This document shows positions 35,397-44,406 of a stretch of 64,000 nt of DNA, one piece after another; the first letter of the stretch is position 1, and every line of letters starts with the position of its first letter. The translations under genes and the position numbers were made by a program. The notes beneath the pieces are model-generated. The model did not search any database, was not told where the DNA came from, and worked only from the letters and a program-made list of their open reading frames with translations. Source of the DNA: a virus (taxonomy: Duplodnaviria; Caudoviricetes); the IMG/VR virus record IMGVR_UViG_3300042542_005523; one strand, 5' to 3'.

Positions 35397-36293
35397 ATGA
35401 TTTCTTTAGACAAGTCTAATTTAGGGTACATCGGTCTCCCGAAGAAAATAAAAGGAAACGGACAGGTTAAAATAAAATCTGTTTATGATTTTCTTAAGCT
35501 AGTTAGAGATTCGATTGTTTATAATTCAAATCTAGGACTTAACATATTATGTCTGGATATAAGCGAATTTGATAATCCGGAACTGTTCGTTGATTTTAGT
35601 TTTGACGAGGAGGATCCTAAAATTTCAGGAATATTATCTAGTATACACGAGATTTCTAATATTAATAAATTTAGGACCTGCTTTATAATACCGAAGGAAT
35701 ATTTTTTGGCTAGTCAACTAGACGGGGTTCCTGATAAAACAATAACACTTCTGGAGAGCCTAGGGTCCATATTAGATGTGCTGGGCCAGAAGGGGAGATC
35801 GATAATAGTTAGAATAGGAAGTGCATATGGAAACAGGAAGGAGACTATAGAGAGATTTTCAGTTAAGTTTGATTTAATATCTAAGCAAACCCAGAAGAGA
35901 ATATCGGTAGTTAACGACGATAAACCCAGCCTTTTTTCAGTAACGGAACTCATATCAGGTTGCTATTATAAATCGGATGTACCGGTATCTTTTAGATTTC
36001 TTAATCATTTATTCAATGACGGAGGTCTTAGTACAAGGGAGGCTTTGTTTCTTAGCTGCTCCACATGGAAGTTCGGCAGTAATCCAATTATGATCCATGC
36101 AGAGTCTGAGAGCGAGGATGAAAACGGATTTCCTGTTAATTCCAAGCCTTCCGGAAGATTGTCTAAAAGAATACCAACATTTGGTCTTTCTGTCGATGTT
36201 ATAATAGATTCACCAGAGAAGGAATTTTGCTGCATTAATTATCTAAAGGACTTTAAGTCACTACCACCATTTGTATTTAATAAGAGAAAATAA
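35397..36293 (+). CDS. UV-damage endonuclease UvsE homolog with substituted metal ligands
   Basis: LGYIG, IGSAYGNRKETIERF, NDDK..FSV, FNDGGLS.REAL..STW, PTFG..DVII..KE follow the UvsE layout. Confidence 0.7.
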   Translation: MISLDKSNLGYIGLPKKIKGNGQVKIKSVYDFLKLVRDSIVYNSNLGLNILCLDISEFDNPELFVDFSFDEEDPKISGILSSIHEISNINKFRTCFIIPKEYFLASQLDGVPDKTITLLESLGSILDVLGQKGRSIIVRIGSAYGNRKETIERFSVKFDLISKQTQKRISVVNDDKPSLFSVTELISGCYYKSDVPVSFRFLNHLFNDGGLSTREALFLSCSTWKFGSNPIMIHAESESEDENGFPVNSKPSGRLSKRIPTFGLSVDVIIDSPEKEFCCINYLKDFKSLPPFVFNKRK

Positions 36294-36994
36294 TGATCAA
36301 TAAAGAAGTAAAAGAAAAAGCTCTGTATTTTGATGTAGAAACTGCGTCTTGTTTCGAAAGTCTAGAAGCATTAAACGAGAGAAATCCGAGATTGGGTGAA
36401 CTATGGGGTAAGAGAGCTAATTTCTATAGAAATTCTTACAAAGAATTGTCAGATATGAATGACGGTGAGATATTCGCTGAAAAATCTGCTCTGGAGGCTG
36501 AATTTTCAAGAATTGTGTGTGTTTCCTTCGGTAGCTTTAATGATGATGGTACGATAAGGACAACATCTTTCTTCGGTGATGATGAGATTGACATTCTCAA
36601 CAAAACAAACAAAATTCTTAACAATGCCCACTCAAAAGGGTGGAAGTTATGCGGACATAACATTAAGGGATTTGATATAGCTTGTCTAGGAAAGAGAATG
36701 CTTTATAACGGTATTACACCTTCTCAGAATATACAGGTTTGGGATAAAAAACCATGGGAGATGCCTTTTCTTGACACCGCAGAGATATTCTCCTTCGGTA
36801 ATTGGATTGGCCAAAAATATCTAGGTCTAGACCTATTAGCATGCTCCCTTGATGTAAGATCCCCAAAAGAGGATATCAAGGGATCGGATGTCTCTAGAGT
36901 CTTCTGGGTCGATAAGAATTTTGATAAAATTAAGGAATATTGCGAGAGGGACGTCGAGACAGTAATGCTGATCATGAATAAGATTTCGGTATAG
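36293..36994 (+). CDS. 3'-5' exonuclease, PolB-exonuclease-like (DnaQ superfamily)
   Basis: FDVET (ExoI), GHNIKGFD (ExoII), YCERDV (ExoII­I), KPWE..DT. Confidence 0.85.
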   Translation: MINKEVKEKALYFDVETASCFESLEALNERNPRLGELWGKRANFYRNSYKELSDMNDGEIFAEKSALEAEFSRIVCVSFGSFNDDGTIRTTSFFGDDEIDILNKTNKILNNAHSKGWKLCGHNIKGFDIACLGKRMLYNGITPSQNIQVWDKKPWEMPFLDTAEIFSFGNWIGQKYLGLDLLACSLDVRSPKEDIKGSDVSRVFWVDKNFDKIKEYCERDVETVMLIMNKISV

Positions 36995-37007
36995 TTACAC
37001 CTTATTG

Positions 37008-37036
37008 TTTTTTTCTTGATATATAAAAGAAAAAAA
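37008..37036 (+). promoter_or_regulatory. Late promoter GATATATAA (37018-37026) forming the loop of a 10-bp hairpin
   Basis: TTTTTTTCTT-gatatataa-AAGAAAAAAA. Confidence 0.6.
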
Positions 37037-37040
37037 TTCT

Positions 37041-37820
37041 GTGGTTTTTAATTTCAAAAGTTATCTAAAAGAATCTAAAAGTCCCTTCTATAACGAAGAA
37101 CTTTGCCCTCTTTTTTGGGAAAAAGAAGGAGATGGCAAGGAGTTAGAGTGGAAGCTAGATCCTCTTGTAGGAAAGAAACTTCTGGATATAGCGAATGATT
37201 TTATAGAGGAAGGTTCGGATGTGCTAAAGAAAAAGGATGTTTTGGACATTCAGCTTGTTGGGTCCTTAACTGGTTATAACTGGAACCAGTATTCTGATCT
37301 GGATCTACATATTATTGTAAATTTCAAAGACATGGGCGATGATCCTAAAATGATAGACTATGCTATGTATGGTCTAAAATTCTCATGGAACACGAAACAT
37401 GACATAACAATGAGAGGACATGACGTGGAGATAGCAGTACAGGACGAAGGATCGGAAAGCTACATTTCTACGGTATATTCACTTAGCAAGAAGAAATGGA
37501 TTAAGAAACCTAAGTACTCACCACCTAAAATAGATGAGTTTATGGTGAATAAGAAGTTTAATTCTTTGGCTTACGATATAAGTAAGCTTGAAAATAAGCT
37601 AGTACTGGGCAACGTTTTTCCTTCTAACCCCAAGCCTCTGTATAATATGGCTGCTAAGCTAAAATCTAAAATAATGAAAATGAGAAAAGAGTCCTTATCA
37701 AAAGGAGGGGAATTCTCTGTTGGCAACCTGGTCTTTAAGAAACTCAGATCTGAAGGATATATAGGTAAATTGATCGATACGATCACGAAGTCATACGATA
37801 AAATATACACAATAAAATAA
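37041..37820 (+). CDS. Pol-beta-type nucleotidyltransferase, putatively virion-packaged
   Basis: VGSLTGYNWNQYSDLDLHI (hG[GS]..DxD) plus DVEIAVQD third acidic; N-terminus FNFKSYLKES. Confidence 0.75.
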   Translation: MVFNFKSYLKESKSPFYNEELCPLFWEKEGDGKELEWKLDPLVGKKLLDIANDFIEEGSDVLKKKDVLDIQLVGSLTGYNWNQYSDLDLHIIVNFKDMGDDPKMIDYAMYGLKFSWNTKHDITMRGHDVEIAVQDEGSESYISTVYSLSKKKWIKKPKYSPPKIDEFMVNKKFNSLAYDISKLENKLVLGNVFPSNPKPLYNMAAKLKSKIMKMRKESLSKGGEFSVGNLVFKKLRSEGYIGKLIDTITKSYDKIYTIK

Positions 37821-37832
37821 AGTAAATAAATT

Positions 37833-40430
37833 ATGTACGTAATAATTCCTAATGGTACTCTTAGTAAAGGCGATCCATTCCCGATGGTAGACATTCCAAC
37901 TGACGTAAATGGACCAGACTATACGGATTTTGAATTGGAGGATTTCCAGTGGTGGGCATATAGCAAGCCATTTAACGATTGGTTCAAATCATCAGGGAGA
38001 TCGTGGCAAGCTTCGGAGTCTGAGATAAGAAGTGATGGTGATGCTTTAGTAGAAAGATGGAAGACAGAGAAAGCAAAAGAGGGTAAACCCATAATGAGCT
38101 TTTTGGATTTCGTAAATGAAAGTTTAAGATCTGAGTATATTGAACTTTTTGAAGAAGGACCGGAAGGTGAAACATCAGGAGTTTCTGAAGGAACTGGTAT
38201 AACCCAACAGGATCAAATTAAATTCTTATATGCTTACACTAAGCTAGTTAAACAAGGTGCTATACAGACTACATTCGATATTAGCACAGATTTTAACGAA
38301 GGGGACGAGAAGGCTTTCTTTTTAACTGTTGTTCAAGAGGACGAAGAAGCGCAAGCTTTGAATATGAAGGCTATGAAACTCAAGGCAAAGACTGGAGCCT
38401 CCTCCGGAGCAGGTAGGCTTGCACAAGGTACCGTGATGTATCCAGGTGCTCCATACAAGATACCACCGGAAGCAACGTCTAACTATATAGTAACAAAGAT
38501 TCAACAGGATCTTTCCTCCCTAGGGGTATGGGCATCTGGAATGCTAGCGGGGTGGGGAATTTACACTGTGGCTGGTGTTGCTGGCGGATCTTTTTTACTT
38601 TATAGAGTATTGAATGGGTGGAAATTTTCTTCCGCAGTGGCAGCAATAGGTAATGCAGGTGGACAGACTGCTGCAAAAACAATAGCGGATCTTTTAAAAG
38701 GAGGAAGTGCAGCCAAAAAGGGTACAGGAATTTTTGGAAGACTTGGAAAGATTGGTACATTCGTTTTCAAAGAAGGATTGGGTACTGCAAAGGGGTTTAA
38801 GTCAGCAAGGCAAGCATGGAAATTTGGATCTAAATTAAAGCCAGCCATGAGGGTTTTAAATACAAGTAAAGCTTTCTTAAGAGGTACATCAGCAGCTGCT
38901 ACGAGGGCAATACCCGTTGTTGGATGGGTTCTTCTAGCTGTTGACGCAGTGGGCTCTATGATAAACTGGTACAGCGACAATCAAGCTCCAACACCAGATG
39001 AAGCAGTTGAGCTTTTTGATGGTAAGAAAACTTTTTCGCCTTCATCGATCAATGTTGGCGAATCTATAGTTCTTTGTTGGTCACAGCCTGATGCCTCAGC
39101 ATGGGGTGCAGTTCTTTCTTTCGTTTTCAGCAACGCGGGTGAGACTAGGACAATAATGGAAATGACAAAGATTATAGGTGACGCTTCTGGATATTCCCTA
39201 TTTATATTACAATCAGCTAATTCTTCTGGCCTAAATGAACAAATAAAGGATAGCATGCTAACCCTTGTAGCGGTTCCTAATTCTGCTAAGCTGGAAAACG
39301 GTATTGTTGATAACGATGATTTTTCAGGCAGAATTTGTTCTGTTTCCAAGGAGGACGTTAACGCAGAGGGTGATGCTATACCAGTTCCTTTTGATTTTCA
39401 AGGAGTTTGTAACTGGGATACTTTAGTTAGCGCAGTTGAATCATCGGAAGGTGTAATGTTTAAGTCCGATCCTAACGCTCCAGCTACATACGAATTTAAT
39501 TTCGAGGACATGGACGGGGATAGAATAAACGTTGTTGGAACTTTAGTTACAGACGAGGATCTTGCTAATCTAACCACCGATGATATAGAGAGAATATTCT
39601 ACGGTGGAATTGATACCGGGAACTCTAGGAGAGGCGGGGAAGCTGAGAGTGAAGAGGAGGAAGAAGACATTGAGGATCTAGAAACAGAGGAGACAAACGA
39701 ATCATCTAGAGTGGTTAATTTCGAGAGTTTTAAAAGCGGTAGGCTATACGAGAGTGGAGATGAAGAGGACACTTCTGATGTACTCGATTCTTTTCAAGGT
39801 CCAGCATTTATAGCAATATACGTTTGTGATGAACCAAATAGTAAGGCTTACGCTAGTAGGGAAATTGGGAGAAAGAAGAGACTTCCGCAATTTACTAATT
39901 TCGCAGTAAATCCTGATGACTACAATGCAGGACCAGGAACAACAATAGACGTAGATGTAAACAGCGACGAGGACATAGAGGATCCAAAAGCAGGTTATGC
40001 AGAGTACAGGGAAGGAAGTGAGGTTGACAGAGAGGTGGTGGTTGAAGAGCCTGTGAAAGATGATAAAGAAGAAGGAACGGAGGAAGTTCAGGCAGGTGAC
40101 GGTAAAATAAAAGCTCCTGATATTACAAAGAAGGAAAGAAAGCACAGCACTGTTATTAAAGACGGTGACAAAGACGGTGGGATTAATCTAATGGATGAAT
40201 TCTTGACCACTGAAGACAAGGAAATTTTAGGTATATCTGATTGGGATAAGGTAACTATGGTAAAAGCTAGGTATGATGATAACGGTGAGATATCTAAAAT
40301 TATCGTCAGAAATAAGGATGCTGAATTCATGAAAAAATCAAAAGAATATGTTCCTTCTGATGGAGAATCATTCGAGATTGCAAAAAAATTGCTGCAAAGC
40401 GCGCAAAGTAGGCTCGAAGTTAAAAAATAA
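37833..40430 (+). CDS. Large acidic putative internal/ejection protein with Gly/Ala-rich hydrophobic segments
   Basis: SFLDFVNES and NFESF..LYES motifs; GVWASGMLAGWGIYTVAGVAGG and AIPVVGWVLLAVDAVG segments. Confidence 0.55.
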   Translation: MYVIIPNGTLSKGDPFPMVDIPTDVNGPDYTDFELEDFQWWAYSKPFNDWFKSSGRSWQASESEIRSDGDALVERWKTEKAKEGKPIMSFLDFVNESLRSEYIELFEEGPEGETSGVSEGTGITQQDQIKFLYAYTKLVKQGAIQTTFDISTDFNEGDEKAFFLTVVQEDEEAQALNMKAMKLKAKTGASSGAGRLAQGTVMYPGAPYKIPPEATSNYIVTKIQQDLSSLGVWASGMLAGWGIYTVAGVAGGSFLLYRVLNGWKFSSAVAAIGNAGGQTAAKTIADLLKGGSAAKKGTGIFGRLGKIGTFVFKEGLGTAKGFKSARQAWKFGSKLKPAMRVLNTSKAFLRGTSAAATRAIPVVGWVLLAVDAVGSMINWYSDNQAPTPDEAVELFDGKKTFSPSSINVGESIVLCWSQPDASAWGAVLSFVFSNAGETRTIMEMTKIIGDASGYSLFILQSANSSGLNEQIKDSMLTLVAVPNSAKLENGIVDNDDFSGRICSVSKEDVNAEGDAIPVPFDFQGVCNWDTLVSAVESSEGVMFKSDPNAPATYEFNFEDMDGDRINVVGTLVTDEDLANLTTDDIERIFYGGIDTGNSRRGGEAESEEEEEDIEDLETEETNESSRVVNFESFKSGRLYESGDEEDTSDVLDSFQGPAFIAIYVCDEPNSKAYASREIGRKKRLPQFTNFAVNPDDYNAGPGTTIDVDVNSDEDIEDPKAGYAEYREGSEVDREVVVEEPVKDDKEEGTEEVQAGDGKIKAPDITKKERKHSTVIKDGDKDGGINLMDEFLTTEDKEILGISDWDKVTMVKARYDDNGEISKIIVRNKDAEFMKKSKEYVPSDGESFEIAKKLLQSAQSRLEVKK

Positions 40431-40452
40431 GAAGATTTTCTAAAATAGAATT

Positions 40453-40461
40453 GATATATAG
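40453..40461 (+). promoter_or_regulatory. Late-type promoter GATATATAG
   Basis: Upstream of protease/capsid operon. Confidence 0.75.
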
Positions 40462-40486
40462 AAAATAAGAAAAGAAATATTTATAA

Positions 40487-42517
40487 ATGAAATATTCTGA
40501 TACAATAAACGAAAATTATGTCTTCATCCTGGAGAAGCAAGATTTTATTCTTGAATCCAAGAAGACTAATAGTGATGACTATGTTCTAGAAGGCATTGCT
40601 GCTGTATTCCAAAAGGAGAACAACAACAATAGAATCTATACTGAGGGGGATTATCTTCCGCATCTTAGCTATTTGAAGGATAAGATTGCACAAAAAAGAC
40701 TAGTTGGTGAATTAGATCATCCGGAAAAATTTGACGTCTCTCTAAAGAATATTTCTCACATTATAACGGATCTTAATTACGATAAGGATAATAAGACAAT
40801 CAGGATAAAAGTTAAATTACTTGACACCCCAGCAGGACAAATTGCTAAGAAATTAGTAGATGCTGGAGTTCCTATCTCTATTTCATCAAGAGCAGCTGGT
40901 AATGTTGGTCCGGATAAGAAGGTAGAGATCAAGAAGATATTCACATATGATCTTGTTGCCGATCCTGGATTTCAAGACGCTCAATTAGAGAGAGTTTATG
41001 AAAGCGCAGGATTCACCCAATCTGATATTAAGAACTTTACTGATAAATATTCAGTCACATCTGGTCTAGAGTGTATCAATGAAAGTTTCGGTATTAAAAA
41101 TAATTCCAGTGTGAAGATATATAAAGTTGAAAATAACGAGGAATTCGATAAATTGATCAACAATAAAGAAAAAAACAAAAAAGCCCTTATGGAGAAGAAT
41201 AATGAATTTGTAACAGCAGAAGAGCTCAATCAGTATTCCGTTTTCTTGAAAAACGAGATGGATTCGATGAAAATTGCTATGGATACAATTAAGGAACAAA
41301 AGTCGAATATTGACGAGTCTCAAGGAGGAAACACTTCTGAATATTGCAGAATCCTTGAGGGAAGAATTGAGAAACTTGAAAAGTATTCCGATTATATAGC
41401 AGAGAATTTAGAAAATTCTGTTAAATATGGTGAATATCTAGCTGAGAATCTTGACAATTCTATTTCATATTCTAAGTATTTAGCTGAAAACCTTGATAAG
41501 TCTATTGCTTATTCTAAGTATTTAGCTGAGAATGTTGATAAAGGAATTTCTTATACAGAATATATTGCTGAAAATGTTGATAGTTCTATTGAGTATTCTA
41601 AATATATTGCTGAAAAGCTTGATCAGAACATTCAATATTCAGAATATCTAGCTGAAAGCGTAGAAAAGAATATTGACTATTCTGAATACCTTGCAGAAAA
41701 CATAGACGATAATATTCAATATGCTGAATATGTAGCTGAGAATTTAGATAAAGGAATTTCTTATTCTGAATACGTAGCAGAAAATGTTTCTAATAACATT
41801 AGCTATTCTGAATATATAGGAGAGAATTTAAACAAGTCTATCACATATAGCGAGTATCTAGCAGAAAGCTTGAATAAGACTATCGACGTAACGGAAAAAA
41901 TTAATGAAAAGGTTAAAACCAACATTAGTTATTCTGAGTATATCGCAGAATCTTTAAATGATGAGTTTGGTAACAAGAACCAAGCACAAGCTCTTAAAGA
42001 GTCTATAAGCTTCACAACAAGAACATCAGCTGAAACTACAGGTTTTGCTGGAAGCTACGATGACTTAAGTTCTAAAATTGACAATTTAATTGAGAAGGTT
42101 AAAACCCAAAAAACCGAAATCAACGAAGCAGCTAAAACTGCATATACACCTGCCGAAACACAAAAGGCGACATCACTACTTACCGAATCTTTGAATGACG
42201 AGAAAGTGTTTAACACCGGAATTAAATTCATTGACGAAATGCCAACTGAGTATGCTCAGGTATGGGAATCACTTAACGAAGGATACAAGCAATCTATTGT
42301 TGCTCAGTCTAACTTCTATAAGCTAGATACACCTTACCAAATCAGAAATTTCTGGTCTACCCGTCAATTAGGCGTTTCTCCTATTGGACTTCAAAAATTA
42401 GACGAGAGTGAAAACACATCCGATGAAAGAAATCAAGCTCAAAATCCAGGTTACAGCAATGCTTACATGGATATGATCGCTAGATCTCTAGAATCAAGAT
42501 TTCAAACAAACAAATAA
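40487..42517 (+). CDS. gp21: Prohead protease (gp21-like) fused to scaffold/core region
   Basis: LEGIAAVF..NNNNRIY, VGELDHP, LLDTPAG, ISISSRAAG, TYDLVADPGF; long coiled-coil C-half. Confidence 0.9.
   Translation: MKYSDTINENYVFILEKQDFILESKKTNSDDYVLEGIAAVFQKENNNNRIYTEGDYLPHLSYLKDKIAQKRLVGELDHPEKFDVSLKNISHIITDLNYDKDNKTIRIKVKLLDTPAGQIAKKLVDAGVPISISSRAAGNVGPDKKVEIKKIFTYDLVADPGFQDAQLERVYESAGFTQSDIKNFTDKYSVTSGLECINESFGIKNNSSVKIYKVENNEEFDKLINNKEKNKKALMEKNNEFVTAEELNQYSVFLKNEMDSMKIAMDTIKEQKSNIDESQGGNTSEYCRILEGRIEKLEKYSDYIAENLENSVKYGEYLAENLDNSISYSKYLAENLDKSIAYSKYLAENVDKGISYTEYIAENVDSSIEYSKYIAEKLDQNIQYSEYLAESVEKNIDYSEYLAENIDDNIQYAEYVAENLDKGISYSEYVAENVSNNISYSEYIGENLNKSITYSEYLAESLNKTIDVTEKINEKVKTNISYSEYIAESLNDEFGNKNQAQALKESISFTTRTSAETTGFAGSYDDLSSKIDNLIEKVKTQKTEINEAAKTAYTPAETQKATSLLTESLNDEKVFNTGIKFIDEMPTEYAQVWESLNEGYKQSIVAQSNFYKLDTPYQIRNFWSTRQLGVSPIGLQKLDESENTSDERNQAQNPGYSNAYMDMIARSLESRFQTNK
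41384..41965 (+). repeat. 42-bp/14-aa coding tandem repeat (YSEYLAENLDKSIS consensus), about 14 units
   Basis: 12 consecutive clear units, one degenerate, one final unit. Confidence 0.9.
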
Positions 42518-42533
42518 AAAATAATTTCTAATC

Positions 42534-44279
42534 ATGAAACTAATTAATGAACAAGAAATCTATGATACCTGGTCGCCTCTAATTGAGAGCAAAGCTGGTA
42601 TCACTGATTCAAACAAAAAATCGTGGTTGACTAAGTATTGTCACTACCACTCATTGAACGAATCTGCCGGTGCTTATAACACTCTAGGTGTAGTAAACGG
42701 TATGGGTAACGTAGCGCCTCCTGCATACCCAGGAATGTCTTCATTCGCTGGTTCTAACGCAGGTGGAAACAACTTCGGTGCTAACCAAGGATTCTACAAT
42801 GCTTCTAACAACGGATCTGGTGACAAATTCCCATCTCTTCTTCCATTGGCTATCCAAGTGGCTGCTAAGACTGTTGGATTTGATATCGTTCCTGTTATTC
42901 CAATGTCTGGACCAACTGGTATTTTGTCTTACCTAGACTACGTATACGCTGGTGGTAAACTTGCTGGTGCTACAGCTTCTGGATCTAATGCTGCTGCTGA
43001 AGACCTAGCTGATGCTCCAACAATGATCAAGTTCCCAGTTTATCAGTCAACTGCTGGTACTGGTACTACTGGTGCTACTGCTGGTACATTTGACGTTGGT
43101 ACTGAATATACTGTAACTAATGGTGGCGGTGCTTTGACTTTGATCTTCGTTGGTCTATCAAGAATCGATGGTTTCCCAATCTTTAGAATTTCTGCTATCA
43201 CTGGTGGTTATAACGTTGCTTCTATTATCAACGGTACTCCTGTTAACGTGGTAACTAGCGGTTTCTATACCGGTACATCTGCAAATGGTGGTAACTTCAC
43301 TGCACAATTGGTTAAAGCTCTTGAAGATCACATCCAAGGTTTCTCTGGTGCTGGTTTCAACAACAACCAGGACTGGCAAGGTCCTTACGTTGATGGTACT
43401 AAGACTTACAACCCAATGTTGAGAGGAGTAGCTGAATCTACTTACTACAACTCAATGGGTCTAAGCACCTTCACTAAGTTCGTAGAAGCTGAAACTTTCC
43501 AAGTAGCTGCTTCTGTAACTACGGAGCAAATCCAAGATTTGAACAAGCAATTTGGTATTGACGTTATCTCTATGATCGAGAATGCACTTGTTAACGAGGT
43601 TTCTCAAGCTATTAACAAGCACATCCTTTCTAGAGCATTTGCACTAGGTTGGTCTAACCACACCCAGTTCAATAACGTTCAAAATCAAAACTTGAACTTG
43701 AACTTGATCCTTGGTGGTGGAACTGGTACAACTAGCGCTTACATCAATAAATCTGATGCTAACGTGACTATGCCAATCCCAGCTGGTCCATCTACTTCAA
43801 GCTACGAGAACTTGTCAACTTTACAAAGAAGACTGTACTCTAGAATTCTAGCTGCTGCTAACGTGGTTGCTAACCAAGGTAGAAGAGGTCCTGCTAACTT
43901 CCTTGTAACTAACGCTGCTATCGCTTCTGCGTTACAAGATATTAGCCAGTTCACTTTCGCTCCGTTCACAAACACTCTAACTCAAAACAACGGTACTCTT
44001 TACCCAGTTGGTTCTCTAGCTGGTATGACCGTTTACGTAGATCAGAACATGAACTACAACGACACTAGAGTTTGTGTTGGTAGAAAAGGTGGTGACGATG
44101 AGCCAGGTTTGAAATTCATGCCTTACATGATGGCTGAGTCTATCCAAACCATCTCTGAAGGTACAATGTCTCCGAAGATCGCAGTTAAGTCTAGATACGC
44201 TCTAGTTGAGGCTGGTATGCTTCCAGAGACCCTGTATTTCACTTTCTTCGTACAGCTTCCAGCTGGTGGAATCGTTTAA
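42534..44279 (+). CDS. gp23: Major capsid protein (gp23-like)
   Basis: LPLAIQVAAKTVGFDIVPV.PMSGPTG, QDLNKQFGID, EVSQAINK, GRRGPANF, FMPY, KSRYAL; strongly biased codon usage. Confidence 0.95.
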   Translation: MKLINEQEIYDTWSPLIESKAGITDSNKKSWLTKYCHYHSLNESAGAYNTLGVVNGMGNVAPPAYPGMSSFAGSNAGGNNFGANQGFYNASNNGSGDKFPSLLPLAIQVAAKTVGFDIVPVIPMSGPTGILSYLDYVYAGGKLAGATASGSNAAAEDLADAPTMIKFPVYQSTAGTGTTGATAGTFDVGTEYTVTNGGGALTLIFVGLSRIDGFPIFRISAITGGYNVASIINGTPVNVVTSGFYTGTSANGGNFTAQLVKALEDHIQGFSGAGFNNNQDWQGPYVDGTKTYNPMLRGVAESTYYNSMGLSTFTKFVEAETFQVAASVTTEQIQDLNKQFGIDVISMIENALVNEVSQAINKHILSRAFALGWSNHTQFNNVQNQNLNLNLILGGGTGTTSAYINKSDANVTMPIPAGPSTSSYENLSTLQRRLYSRILAAANVVANQGRRGPANFLVTNAAIASALQDISQFTFAPFTNTLTQNNGTLYPVGSLAGMTVYVDQNMNYNDTRVCVGRKGGDDEPGLKFMPYMMAESIQTISEGTMSPKIAVKSRYALVEAGMLPETLYFTFFVQLPAGGIV

Positions 44280-44308
44280 TCCTAGTCTAATCTAGAAATA
44301 AACATAGC

Positions 44309-44340
44309 AAAAACCCTAAGGAAACTTAGGGTTTTTCTTT
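44309..44340 (+). terminator. Intrinsic terminator after major capsid gene
   Basis: AAAAACCCTAAG-gaaa-CTTAGGGTTTTT. Confidence 0.9.
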
Positions 44341-44377
44341 TGCCCTAATTTTTTTGCTTCTTTATTTTAAGATTAGT

Positions 44378-44386
44378 GATATATAG
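44378..44386 (+). promoter_or_regulatory. Late-type promoter GATATATAG
   Basis: Exact motif flanked by AGT/ACT. Confidence 0.75.
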
Positions 44387-44406
44387 ACTGAAATTAAAAT
44401 ATCAAT

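Noticed and set aside
41384-41965. Regular 42-bp periodicity resembling a CRISPR array
   Set aside because: No invariant repeat with unique spacers; variation is synonymous within an open frame, so it is a coding repeat
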